From NCBI GenBank assembly GCA_051294905.1, contig CM119382.1, positions 18,290,001 to 18,354,000 of the forward strand: a stretch of DNA of 64,000 nt, written 5' to 3'. A model generated the notes under the pieces. The model ran no database searches, had not been told where the DNA came from, and saw only the letters and a program-made list of their open reading frames with translations. A program made the position numbers and the translations under genes. The stretch comes from Botryllus schlosseri. Its lineage: Eukaryota. The stretch's first letter is position 1, and each line of letters opens with the position of its first letter. Below are positions 37,701 to 50,672 of this stretch, piece after piece.

Positions 37701-40058
37701 TTTGCCGACTACTATGGTCATTTACATCAGGTCAGTTTTCTTCATTTTGTTCCATACATGCCGACTTGTATCACGATCCACAATTCGTGTCTGAATACTT
37801 TTATAACCGACATAAAACTAGACCGCAAAATCTGCAGCTTCTTCATTCGTAAATTCCAAATCTTATCCTACAAAGTTTTGTGGTAAATATCGATTCGATT
37901 CCGGAACGTGCATTTTGAAGGGTTCTCACAACGTTCATCCGGGAAGGTGTCGTGGGTCCAGTCGCCAAAACCCGTTCGGTTTATATCGACGATTACTGGG
38001 AGATAGTATTGCATTATATATAGGTTGCAAATTTGTAGAATGCAATGAGATATCATTCGTGTGAGAGATTTTATCCGTCAACATGACTGATGCAATGCAT
38101 CTTTATCTAAAGCTAAATGTCGTATTGTAACTCACAATAACCAACATACACAATACACTAGGACTCATGTGACATGTCATGTGAGATCGACATTTTGCCG
38201 AGGTGAAATGATATCGTATTATGCCAGGACTAGTGGAGGTATTCCATGTATATTTTGCCCCTTATCTGACATATCGCCCACGCCAATTTCCGCCTCCCTG
38301 CTGCGTGCGGATGGTTTTTAAGTACTGCAAGATATTAGCAATATAACAAGCATTCTAGAGTGCGGTTAACATACGGCACATCCCCTGTAAAACATTAAAA
38401 CATAATAATTTCTAGGGGAAGACAGTGGAGATCGTAACGTGCATGTGGCCTCAATCCTCAATGCAGTCGGACAATTAACATATTTTACAAAATGACGCAT
38501 GTTGGATGAGTCTCATCAGTATGTTTACTGTTTGGTGTTTATTGTGTGGTCTTGTTAAAAATTACCATATAACCATGGTGTGGAGACACGTATACCTAAA
38601 CATCAGCAAACGGCCGCCGTCGTAAATCGAAGATTTCGTTAGACATACCACGCCTGTGTACAAAGTCATGTTCAACTGAACAGAGTCGGTCGTGTATAGT
38701 CGCCCAATCGTCAATCGCACATAAATATAAATATGTTCTATCGGTGTGGCGCTGTGTGTCAGTATATCAAGAAGTTATGAGGCTTAACAGTTCAAACGTA
38801 CCGTATCACATGTAATAACACGCAAAGAATTGACATGAACGTATTCCTTGCCTTGTAAGGAATGTAATAGTTCATGGGAGGGCAAAGTCGTACAATAAAC
38901 GATTTCAATACCTTGTATAATGTTACTTCGATACAATGTCTTTTTATCATACTTACACTGTCTATACCGAAAAGGTCGGGGTCCAGCCAAGGTTACAATA
39001 GAGTTTACAGACGCATACAATGTGTTATAGATAATCCTAAACTGTAAGTTTTTTGTTTGATTTTCGTGGCAGCTCGACTATTTATAGTTATGTACAATGT
39101 ACACGATCAAATGACCATTTACATCCGGCCCGTATGCAAAGGTGGTCTATACTGGTCAGTAACGAAATATTCCCAATCTCGCTGATTACGTCTCTAGTCT
39201 GCCCTAGTCCTTCAACACTTTTTGAAGCCAGGCTATACCTTCTGCATTTTGGAAGTCAAATGTACGTACGTATAGAATAGATTGGAATCATTTTCACGAG
39301 TTGAATTGTCATGACGATCAACCCATGCAGACCCTGTGTGACGGTAACAGATTATAATCTCAAAAATTGAACCAATATTCATCGCCAATTGTCATTCTAC
39401 GTTAGTCGCCACGATGCATCCAGCAATTCTCAAACTGTCGCGTGCGATTGACCAACAAATGTTTGTGAAGGCTCGTCCCAATCTACTTCAAACTACTTAC
39501 TTATGTATATGCTATACCGTCTATTTTGTACTTGTGCTTGAAGTGTCGTGTTGTTTATTGTATTGTATATTCACTAGCCCGAAAGCAAAAAGCGCAAAGA
39601 CGGTAGCCTAACACAGTAATACCGGTGCAAGGTCAATTGTAAAGAGTCCTGACCAGTTATGGCGATACATACCGGCTACTAGTAACACGCCACTTGAAAT
39701 AGTGTTGACATGCATTGAAAATCTATACTTCAACACTTGTAATTGAGCAGAAATATATGCTATTGTTTATACTCGTACATATAGTGACAGCAATGACTGC
39801 TTTGGCGACTTCTGCCCACACGTGTACTGTCGGTGTTGTCCGGCCGACCTGTCGATTTGACTCAGGTACAAAGTAACTTCTGTAGGTCACTAAAGCTGCA
39901 TGCGCAATTGCGCACCTACGATTACCATAAACTTTCCACTCTTATTTACGAGTCAAGTCGACACTCGCCTTTCCATGAATGAATGAGGTGTGCAAGTTGA
40001 TATGGGTACTTTGGCCATATTCTGGACGTTGTAATAATCTCAGTGATGATATGATATC

Positions 40059-40992
40059 CAGTGTTGGGATGACTCGAGTCATGACTTGACTCGAGTCAGA
40101 CTCGAGTCACCTTTTTTGTATGACTTGACTTGACTCGAGTCACTTTGCTAAAATGACTTGACTTGACTTGACTCGGCCGATCAGAAATGTGGATTGACTC
40201 GTGACTCGGAGCAAAATCCACGAGTCAATTTCAAGTCATCAAGTAATCGTTGTCGATCAAAATAACTGTATCGTGCATATGTTCAGATTTTTCACGAAAC
40301 GCTGGCATAACCCGTCTGAGCGACCAATCATTTAATGATCGTGCGTTTGACTGAGCCGCCATTGTTCTCTCACAAATTAATTGACCGCAAACGAAGTGAT
40401 CGAAGCTTACAGCTCACGTTGTCGTATACTAGTATTATAAAGTAATTTCTGTTCTCTGTTTTTACCTTAACCAAACCTCTTGTTTTCTTGAAACTGAATT
40501 CGAATATAGTTTATATAGTCCTCAACCATTGGCCCTGGCTCGAATTGTATCGTATCGATTTGTAAGTGTGTAATGTATTGCATCTTATCAATTCGTATCT
40601 ATTCTCTATCTTGGCTGGTAAGTATAAACTTTGGTTTAGCTGATCTACGTATATGTGAGCGATAGAGCGCTTTCTTACGTGTATATTTAACTCTATATTC
40701 GTTCATCGGTTCAAAATCAATGACTACTCAATCTGTATTTCAGACAGCTAGCAAAATGCAATGACGTTATCATGCCTCATACTTGGAAAAGGCAACTTGA
40801 CTTGAATTGTGAATTGACTCGTGACTTGACTTGACTTGACTCGACTTGACTCGAGTCACCTCCAAAAATCGAGTGACTTGACTTGACTCGAGTCACCTCC
40901 AAAAATCAATTGACTTGACTTGACTCGAGTCAAAATGTGCAATGACTCGAAATGACTCGTGACTCGAAGGTAGTGACTTGATCCCAACACTG
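40059..40992. mobile_element. hAT-type MITE (934 bp)
   Basis: TIRs CAGTGTTGGGAT / ATCCCAACACTG. Perfect 8-bp TSD ATGATATC (40051-40058, 40993-41000). Dense subterminal GACTTGACTCGAGTC arrays at both ends. Confidence 0.93.
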
Positions 40993-42783
40993 ATGATATC
41001 GCGTAACGACATTAACCTATTGCGGATTCGCCCTACGTCTTGACCATATTCGTGGTGCGAGCCTATAGCTCTGAATGTCGTATCGTATATGCAATCTTTT
41101 ATGATAACTGTCGGCTATAATGAGATTTTCTTAATATCGCTCCACATAGCTAGATACAATGTTGTTAAAGAGGTTACCCGAATGGTTCGAGTCCATAAGT
41201 GTGATCGAGACACTACATTAGAGTCGTGGCTGGAGCTAACGCATATTTGGTTTCCCCGTACTTTTGAAATTGAAGAGCTTCCCTTTTCAAGTTCAGTCAT
41301 TGTTCTGAAAGGCTGAATCACCGCAGCGTCTGGCAGATTTATTTATAGGTCTAAAGTTAGACGCCACGCATATTTCTATCGATTTGATTACCGCAATGCG
41401 TTAAAGCGGGGACATCTTGTTTTCGGTTGCTAATAGCAACTATACGATGTTTCCAGATAGTCGGTATTCGGTATCCAAAATATCACGAATGATTCACAGT
41501 CTTTTCAAGTCGGGACGCAAGATGTTTTAAGTTGGCTCAGGTGCACGGATTAACATAAGACTGAAGAGACATTTGATTTGACGGCATCGCCTGCTGCGAT
41601 CCGTATCGATTATGTTTTAACGTATACGTTATAAAATCCCATCATAAAAACCCAGACAAATCACTAATCGCAGCTGTGGGACCATTGCAAAATGTTTACG
41701 GATTGTAGGATGTATAGAATGGTGTGTATGGATATGGCAACATCTGACCACATATAATTGTTTCGTCTTGGTATTGATGCGAAAAGGGCATGGACCCAGT
41801 CTCCCGATATTAAATCAATAGCTCATGAGAAGAAAACAGATTAAACGTCCTATTCAATTAAATATTGCAACAAAACCTGATGTCCAAAGTTAATAACGTC
41901 TGTCCATTTCTCCTCGACATCTAAAATCCACAATTTTGCCGATTTAAAGGTATCGAGCATCTGACGGTAAAATCTCACTTTCATTATCCCTCACTATCAT
42001 TTGTTGATAGCTGAAAGCTGCAAATTTGCTAACACTTATATTTCACGTATAACAGATAGCGAGAGTTTGCGATTTCCGAAATTCCAGTTCGATTTCGTGA
42101 GCACAGAAATATTTTGTCGATGCTAAAGGATAGCGTCGCTTCGTGAGTATCGTGTAAGCTATATAGCTTCGCAGCTCTTCTCAACATGCACACCGGAATT
42201 CAAATCAAATTTGAATTTGAATCTGATGTATGTATCTATGTATGTAGGACCTACTGCCCGATGTAATTGATTCAATTTGTCCAGCACCAAAAACTCCGCG
42301 GAAAGTCGCATATCTATAACATAATCTCATGCCAGCAGCACGCTTTTATTCGGGATATTCTGTATAATAACGACATCGAATTTGTTTCCGAACATATAGA
42401 ACAACACTATCACTGCGTTAAGGTAATATAATGCAATATGTATGTTACTCTCGATGTTGACAGAACAGAACTACCTCCAGTTGCGCTTTTATATCATACA
42501 CGTCATGTATGCACGTTGATTTCATAAGTGTTGCTCATTCTTACAGCATCTTTACAGAATAGCCCGAAGAAAGACGCGATGAAGGACGTATAATATGGAA
42601 TTGAATGGAAAGGCAAGGAAGATCGCCTATCATCAAAAGCGAAATACACTACATGTAGTTGTAGGTAGTCAGCGAATGATGCTTATTCAACCAATCAATA
42701 ATGTTGATATCGTTGTCTGATGTAAAAAATCTAGCATGCGTACGGGGTCAATCTTGATTTCATATGTTTATTGTATCATGAAC

Positions 42784-43090
42784 ACCAAAGCCGCAATGGG
42801 CAAACATCTGTTGGATAATCCGATGTGTGCGAATAATTATCGAGACGTCAAAGTCCGCGTTATTGGGAGGGGCCGTTCACACATCCATTTGTGTGCCTTG
42901 GAGTCGACTTTCATCAAAATACACCAGCCAAAACTCTTTCAATAGAAGGAGTTCGTGTACCACCTGGGAATAGTTGCTGACGATTACCCCTGACGAGTGT
43001 CTGCCGAAAATATTCGGGTTCATTTCAATATGAATATACTATTCAATAGTATATTGAAGTTCTGTACCTCCAAGAAGCTCTTCAAAATTC
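42784..43090 (+). mobile_element. 3' end of a Penelope-like retroelement (GIY-YIG endonuclease C-terminus plus pseudo-LTR)
   Basis: My translation: KAAMGKHLLDNPMCANNYRDVKVRVIGRGRSHIHLCALESTFIKIHQPKLFQ*KEFVYHLGIVADDYP*. This matches the recalled PLE terminus SAIGxHL..N..C..NY....F.I......HL..LE..FI....P.L..QKEFVY.L. One in-frame stop. Right boundary is approximate. Confidence 0.8.
42986..43019 (+). ncRNA. Minimal type I hammerhead ribozyme motif (Penelope-associated)
   Basis: ACCC-CTGACGA-G(TGTCTGC)C-GAA-AATATT-C-GGGT. Stem I is ACCC/GGGT, cores are CUGANGA and GAAA, stem III is the palindrome AATATT, and the cleavage triplet is UUC (cut after 43015). Stem II has only the closing G-C pair, so it may be decayed. 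Confidence 0.6.
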
Positions 43091-43498
43091 AAGGTGAGCA
43101 CTGAGCATGAACAAAAGGATTTATCCCAATTTTCTCATTATGGATAGCTTCCTGATAGAACCACGTAGATCGCACAGACACCAGATTGAATGGTAAATAT
43201 CATTGATCGGGCGATATATACTTCAGAAGTGGAATGTGTCGTGCATTTGTGTATACAACACAGATATATAACAATTCGGTAGCTTATAAGTTTATCCGTT
43301 AATCCCAAAGTAATTATGTTTTGTTTGCGTAGTATTACACTATACTTCCTGGAAGACGTCTCGTTTGTGTACTCTGTACAATACACTTCAGCTATGGATC
43401 TTCATGTTAATTCGAAAATTAAATTTTTCCGAGGGTTATTTTATTCAAATGTACAAACCAAGATGGGCACTGGGAAGATGGGCAGTGATGATTGTGCA

Positions 43499-44153
43499 TA
43501 GGGTTGCGTTTAAAACAAACGTTGTTTTAAAACTCTTTGTTCAAAACATGTTTTAAACAGTGTTTTAAACAAATTCCTTAAAAAAAAATTTTTTCAAAGT
43601 CTAATTATGCCACAATTATGTAAATACTTCCAAAAAACCATATTGTATGAGCCTATAAAGACGATTTGCACCCATAATGGTCGACGTAAACGATGCGGGG
43701 TGGCTGGAACCCTCGAAATCGTCGTCGGTTCAACAGTTTTAGGATGTAGATATATATCATTGTTATGGAATGGGTGCTATATGATGATAATGATCGCCGA
43801 TCGTAAAATACTGCATAACGATGTAGTCCTGGTTTAAGATATTTTGGATCCGTTTTTGGCAGTGGTTGGAAGCTCTTTTCGTCGAAAGAGCCATATTTAC
43901 ACTATGTTTCCAATTGTCAATGCCAATCCACCGTGGATGAAAAAAAACACATTTGAAGAGCTTCTTGGAGGTACAGAACTTCAATATACAATTAAATAGT
44001 ATATTCATATTGAAATGTCAGCCGAAAATATTCGGGTTCATTTCAATATGAATATACTATTTAAAAAAAACACAATAAAAAACACGTTTTAAACAGGAGC
44101 CTTGTTTTAAACATGTTTGTTTTAAATTGATTTTTGTTTTGAATGCAACCCTA
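43499..44153. mobile_element. hAT-type MITE, family B copy 1
   Basis: TIRs TAGGGTTGCGTTTAAAAC / GTTTTGAATGCAACCCTA. Subterminal TTTAAAAC arrays. TSD degenerate (ATTGTGCA / GCAGTGCA). Similar to 50241-50672 and 56084-56571. Confidence 0.85.
43952..44062. repeat. Inverted-plus-direct copy of the Penelope pseudo-LTR/hammerhead 3' half, forming a hairpin
   Basis: 43952-44017 is the reverse complement of ~43021-43086. 44021-44062 is a direct copy of 43003-43044 (GCCGAAAATATTCGGGTTCATTTC...). Together they form a 23-bp perfect stem, AATAGTATATTCATATTGAAATG / CATTTCAATATGAATATACTATT. Confidence 0.8.
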
Positions 44154-44194
44154 GCAGTGCAATGTAGATATTGTATCTATGCGTGTGTATAGTC

Positions 44195-44617
44195 CAGTGG
44201 TTCCCAACGTGGGCGATATCGTCCCACAGTGGGTGATTTAGAGAAACAAGGGGGCGAAAATACCAAAGGGCGCGATTGGGGAGCGACGGGAGGCGAAAAT
44301 GTTAGGGCGTCCAGTGAGATACATTTAATTAACACGGCGTATAAATGGCTTATTCTGCATATGACGCAAAACTAAACTAAAAATGGCCAACTCATCGGAA
44401 AGTAGGCGCGGTAAACGGTTTTCCCAGCACCTACACGGAAAAATGACCTTGTATGTTTAGTTAATTCCCCAGCGATCTGAGTTTGGTAATTAAATTGCCC
44501 GTTGATATGCCCCGTTTTTCGGATCCGTAAATATGTGGTGAGGGGGGGGGGGGTGTGTGAAAATTTGGGCCAAGCTTGATAGGAGGGGGATGAGTCGAAA
44601 GAGGTTGGGAACCACTG
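44195..44617. mobile_element. hAT (Charlie/Buster-like) MITE
   Basis: TIRs CAGTGGTTCCCAAC / GTTGGGAACCACTG. 8-bp TSD GTATAGTC / GTATTGTC (7/8). Confidence 0.88.
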
Positions 44618-46501
44618 GTATTGTCTCAGTATCGCTTGTTCAAGCATCAGGAGAGATGGGATTTGTCCAAGGTTACATTCCTTGAAGATGTTGCTTATTA
44701 TGATATAAATACTGATATATTTCCTATCCTTGCGCTATCCTCCCCCAAAAACGTTAGTGTTGGGTCACCCCATCTGATTATGAATCAAATTTCTGGGGGC
44801 TTCACCTTCGGCTTCGGCCCCCAGACCCCATTACGGTGGGTCTTTTTACCACTAACAGAAAAGTACGTGTTGCTGTTATAGGGTACGTGTCTATGTGTGT
44901 GCGTAGCCGCGCGAAGGGTTGATTTTTTTCCATAATATTGGTGATTGCATATGTTGCTAATAATTTTTCCTCGTCTCCCAGTCTATGTGAACTGATTTAC
45001 TAAACGAGCTCATAGAGGTGGTGACTTCAGATAGTAAACGCATGACTATTCCGCGCCTATATACAATTGGCAATAGGCTATATATATTGATTGTTTCGGC
45101 CAACATGCGGATGTGATCAATTTATCGACCAACCATGCTGGTTCGCGATTGGTAGACAGACTCAACTTCGTACATGAGACAATGCGCATACGGAGATGCA
45201 TTTTCACATGGAGGGGCACCGGACGAAAGACTTATCACAGTGTACGTGATCTTTGTGTGATCAGTTTTGTTGTACATAGTGGTAACGCCCATATGCCTTG
45301 TACTGAAGTTTGCACAATTTTGAGGATCTGTCAGATTGAACGTGACTTGATTACGGTTATGTATTAGACATCGCAGAAATTTGTCTACGATAAACAAATA
45401 TAACGCCTCATTTTTCGTATGTGCTCGTAGCATCGTATCATATACCACGAATGCACCAGACAGTGTGACGTGCGATCAGCATTACATAAATCAGAGATGA
45501 CATTATACACCAAAATATACACCAGCTCGTAATTGTTCAGGTTAAGTGTTGCCTTTATTAGAAAACTTGTCACTTATAAAACGCCACGGATTCCTTATCG
45601 ATGATTGCCATAAATGGCTGAAAAGATAAAAATACATATGTCACACGCGCCACGGCCGATGGATGATATTTGCAACACTTTTGTTACGTAGGATTTGGTC
45701 TTGAGAATCGCCGTCCGTGCGATTCCATTTGACCTCTCCACGCAACTGGTGAGAAAATGAAATATACTTCCTGTGATCTTTCAAATACCGACTTGTACGT
45801 GACTTTTATATGACGCAATGCTTGCTGATGTACTTGTGATTGATTGAATTTGTAGTTGGAAATTTTCCGGCGTCGATGGTCGTGGCTACATTTGGGGAAA
45901 AAATTCCCACATATAGAGATGCGCCGAGGAAACAGTGGTATAAACTATATTCTCTTCGATCTGCGGCCATAAAAGGAGAAATTTGACTTGTTTCCGATCT
46001 CTGTGCGTTGAAAGGTACCGAATTGTTTTGCCTGGATGTATAATCGGGATACATACACATTATTGCGTACGGTTGCGAAATTTAAAAAGCATTTTTAAGA
46101 ATACATTCTCTCATTCTATCTAACAAGTGAATTGCTATGATAAATTGGTTCACTGAAAGCTAGTATAATATTTCATGCTTCTGTTGGTAAAGGTGTAGCG
46201 GCGTGGAACAAACACGGCAATAAGGAGATTTCAAATTTTTCCTTGTCGCAATGCAGCATTTATCTGTATCATATGTAAAACACTTTGTAGAGTCTAGCAC
46301 ACGGGTTCTTAAAGTACGAATCGCGACTCAAACATTTGTCGCGACAGCTCCATAGCGATCTTTTGTTGAATTTCTTGCAACGGAAAAGTTTCTTCGCGCT
46401 TCACGCGATCACCTCTGGATAGTTTGTATACGCTTTTCTGGTCACTGTTTTCGGATATGTAGCCAATAAGCGAGACATGAAGAAAAGTCGTTACTAATAT
46501 G

Positions 46502-47779
46502 CAGAGGTGGTCAGTAACGAAGTACTTCTACTTTTTGAAAGTACTCAAGTAGTTTTACTCTACTTCTGGTACTTACTCAAGTAGATCTGATTTTCTCTAC
46601 TTCTACTTCTACTTCGTAATATTTTTGTGTTCTACTTACTTACTTATCGCTATTTTCATTTTGTCAAGTAGAAGTAGTTTAATCCCTCAATACGAAAGAT
46701 AGCCTGAGGAATTTCGGGGCTGTTTTCACGGATTACCAACATTTAATATTCATAAAAGTCAAATAAAGCCCAGAAATTTTGTTGCGCTTCGCGCACAGTA
46801 GTTCTGGAGTGACAAATATGTTTTCAGGAAAGTATCAGTGAATATAATTTAGGTGCCGGATTGCTTGGTTCCGCTCACACCGCATTGTTGCCCAAATCAA
46901 ATATTTCATCACAGTAAATATGGCCCACCATAACGTTTGAATCTACCGTTTTGTAATCTAGCAATTACCAATCATATCGTAATCTAGCAGCTCATTACGT
47001 GTCTTGCGAATCTGGAAAATCCAGCTTTTTCGAACGTTACACCTGTTTTACCAGATCACCTTTGAATCTTTATGGACAAAAGACATGAAGTATAGTTTTC
47101 GCTTTTTAGAAGTGGTTTTTCACTTTCAATTCCGAGTATCATACTTTGAGTTCTAATTACTTGCAGTTCTTTTGTCTGCAGAACATACATGTTGAAGTAT
47201 AGAAGCAAGTGAAGTAATTCTTCTATTTTCCGAAAATAAATCCCCACCAAATATAACTTTTACATTCCACAATATTTGTTAGTAATGTATACTACTAACG
47301 AAAAGTGATGAGACCGTATCCGATAAAACTTCTGCGTATTGCTCTTCGCCTAAACTGGGGGCCTTATAATGTGGGGTAGGGAGCCATGCGATGATGCTCT
47401 CTAAAACGGGGTCTTCTAGTAAACAAAGGGTTAGTATCGCATTTTCATATCAATACTATAATTTGCATCCCATGATGCAAAAAAATTGCTTATTATGTCG
47501 AAAATTGATACCTCCTGGGATGCATCAATACGAATCAAGCTCTCTGCATCTTCCGCGTAGCTCAATTCGCAGCTTATGACAGTCCCTGCGAACGAATTAA
47601 GACTGTTTTCAAAACTACTTACTTACTTGAGTAGATTTAAAGTCAGTCAATTCTACTTCTACTTCAAGTAGTTTTAGGTGGCTTATTGAACAAGTACTTC
47701 TACTCGTACTTGAGTAGATTTTTTGTGGCTACTTCTACTTTTACTTGAGTAGCTTTCTTGACTACTTTGACCACCTCTG
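46502..47779. mobile_element. hAT-type non-autonomous element (1.28 kb)
   Basis: TIRs CAGAGGTGGTCA / TGACCACCTCTG. Perfect 8-bp TSD CTAATATG (46494-46501, 47780-47787). Subterminal TACTTCTACT / TACTTGAGTAG arrays. Confidence 0.92.
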
Positions 47780-47993
47780 CTAATATGGCTTGGTCATGCA
47801 AAAGTGTCGACCGTATGAGGACGTATGGTAATCCTATCTATGTCATATATGCCCGCACACACATAGCATGCTAATACTGAAAATGCATTCTTTGTCATGT
47901 GAGAGGCCTGGGTCGCGGGATGCTACTATACTCAGATTTGGGTCGTGGCAGAAAAAGCTTGAGCACCTAGTCTAGCAGGTATACTGTACACTA

Positions 47994-48448
47994 TAGTGGT
48001 GTTCAAAAATGACTTTTTTCTCAAATTGTACTGGCTACTTGATAAAATTGTTAGGTTACCTAATTTAATCCTACACACCAAATTTGGTTCAATTCCAGCC
48101 AGTAGCCGCATAGCTACAGGAGAAGAAAGTTTCCATTCATTACATAAAAATAACTAAACAAAAATCTCAAAATTTTCTGTTCACCCCATGAAATTGTAGG
48201 GTTGTCGATAAAAACAATGTTCACGAAATTTGGTTCAATCCCAACCAGTGGAAGCGTAGTTATTGCCGTCGAAAAATTTGGATTATCAATAAATAGTATT
48301 TACGGTGACCAATTCTTAAATTATTTATTCTAGGTTTGCACACCGTAAATACTACTTTATTCAAATCCAAATTTTCCGACGGCAATAACTCCGCTTCCAC
48401 TGGTTGGAATTGAGCCAAATCTGGTCAACATCGTTTTTATACACACTG
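47994..48448. repeat. Repeat element with a ~100-bp internal inverted repeat (possibly a TA-flanked Tc1/mariner-type MITE)
   Basis: Arms 48208-48307 and 48341-48440 are reverse complements (~85-90% identical by eye) around a 33-bp loop. A third partial unit lies at ~48075-48110. Weak termini TA|TAGTGGTGTTCAAAAA ... TTTTTATACACACTG|TA. The hairpin is solid; the superfamily call is tentative. Confidence 0.55.
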
Positions 48449-50090
48449 TACACTGAAAATGTACAAATTAAGCCATCGGCATTTTGCTTTCACGCCGATT
48501 CCAGTTAGTGAAAAGAAGTCAAATACACTAACACTCACCGATACTTATATTTGGGTGTGCTTACGAGTACCACCCTTTCACCTTGGGGTGGTGCGCGACA
48601 ATGGAATCCACTGCGCCCCTGGGATATACCTCATACTAGTTGGAGTACTCGTCTCGTTTTCGCCAATCGGAATGCTTGCAAATGCAAGATTTTATACGTG
48701 AGCGTGCGCCTACACCTACGCTTTGGTGGAAATCTACGAAATACACGATTTTCGTTTGGGGTGCATTGATGGCGGTGGGAAAATACACTAGTACCATCAA
48801 GTTGCGAATGCAATTTGACCTTCGCGATAGGAAATAGCAACACTCCTCAAAACCCAAAACTGTGTTTACTTCACTTAATGTGAATACCTACCGCAAATGT
48901 GCATGGTTCTTTTCGGTTCGGGAATCGAAATATTGTTGATCATACAAACAAACTTATGCGATTCCATAAAGAGCTAATCCATTCAATACCACATTGTCTT
49001 TCTTTCTGGAAGAAATGTTTGATATGTATTGTCAAAATATACTTGTTGGGTGGGAGCATACGAAGTATTTTCACCCGATTTGAAAGGTTAAGTCTAGTTT
49101 AGTTATTGTTATGATTCGAATTACCCAATGATTGATGTCGTGAAATTGTGGGTCGCGTGACCTTCTGTACTTATACATAATAATTAGGGACGGGCGAAAT
49201 CGAAACACAGCTTATTCGAATCAGAATCACCACTTTTATATATTTTTATTGATCGAAATTGACACCGTGACACTATAGTTAATCGGAACAAGATAAGATT
49301 CAAACTGATAATAATTTGCTCAAGAGAGAAGCATCAAGCTATTTCGTAACGAAATCATGAAATAAACATGATCTAACAGCGTCATAGTCACAATGATTCC
49401 AGAAGCGTATATGTACAGTACAGTTGGAGCTTGAAGATATTTATTCACCCGATTTTGTAGCTTGGGAAATCATTTTTGATTTGAGTTCCACGATTCTACC
49501 GCTTGCGGATGAACTTTTGGTATTTTTTCACAACAAATACACCGCTATACATTATCAACATTCATAACAATAATGGGCGACCTCTTTCACTAAATATCCG
49601 GCCAACATTTTAAATAAATGGCCGATGTCAATTTAGGAGGATTCGTGAAATCGATACTATCACGTTAATCGTTACTGTTGGGGGTATAGATGGAATCGCG
49701 GCAACATCATTAGCACGAATGAGCAATTGTGCGCTCGGATATCGCTTCAAGTTTGATTGTTCTTATTGTAAAAGTTGAGTTGTGCTCATCACTGATCGAG
49801 GTCTGGTGCGCCACTGTCGGTAATATCATATATTACAAAACAGCTCGGAAATTGTTTCACAATGTAAAGAATCTCTGAGTATGCGATCGCGTCACATCCC
49901 AAAATTATCACTGTTACTCGGAGTTGTCAATCAAAACCGCTTTGCGCACAATGTGATTATCTCCGCTGAAATTAACTTTCTGGTATAATATCTGTGCATT
50001 CGAAATACCGCTGATTCGAATCCCACGGCATGGAATCGGATTCGAATCGTTTTCGATTCAGTGATTCAGTTCCGCAGTAAAAATGGAATT

Positions 50091-50178
50091 AGAGAGAGAG
50101 AGAGCGAGAGAGAGAGCAGGAGAGGAGAGAGTAGGAGAGGAGAGAGAGTGAGAGGGAGGGAGAGAGAGGGAGAGAGAG
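50091..50178. repeat. Imperfect (GA)n purine-rich microsatellite
   Basis: ~88 bp of almost pure A/G on the + strand. Confidence 0.9.
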
Positions 50179-50240
50179 CCTTTATTTTCAGCTAACCGAA
50201 ATACATAACAAACAGACAGCAACATACCCGTTCCAGAATC

Positions 50241-50672
50241 TTGCATTTAAAACAAAAATCAATTTAAAACAAATATGTTTAAAACAAAACCATAATTATA
50301 ACATGTTTTATATATATTTTTAAGCTATGACGTCACGAATATTCAATTGTGACGTCATAGCGGATTGCCATTGACAATTAAAAATATAGGGTAAATACAG
50401 CTCCATTGACGAAATATCTGTACTATTAATGTTGAACCGACTATTTTGAGGGTTCCCACCATCCCATATCGATATACGTCGGCTATGTCGGGTGGTAATT
50501 GTACGTAGGCTCATACAAAATGTTTTTTAGAAAATATTTACACAATAATGGCATGATTTTACAACTTGAAAAGAAATCAATATTTTTTTAGAAGGCCTCT
50601 GTTTAAAACACTGTTTAAAACATGTTTTAAACAAAGTGTTTTAAAACACCGATTGTTTTAAATGCAACCCTA
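50241..50672. mobile_element. hAT-type MITE, family B copy 2 (inverted relative to copy 1, one end clipped)
   Basis: Ends ...TTTTAAATGCAACCCTA at 50672. Left end TTGCATTTAAAACAAAAATCAATTTAAAAC is the reverse complement of copy 1's right end but lacks the terminal TAGGG. No TSD. Confidence 0.8.
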
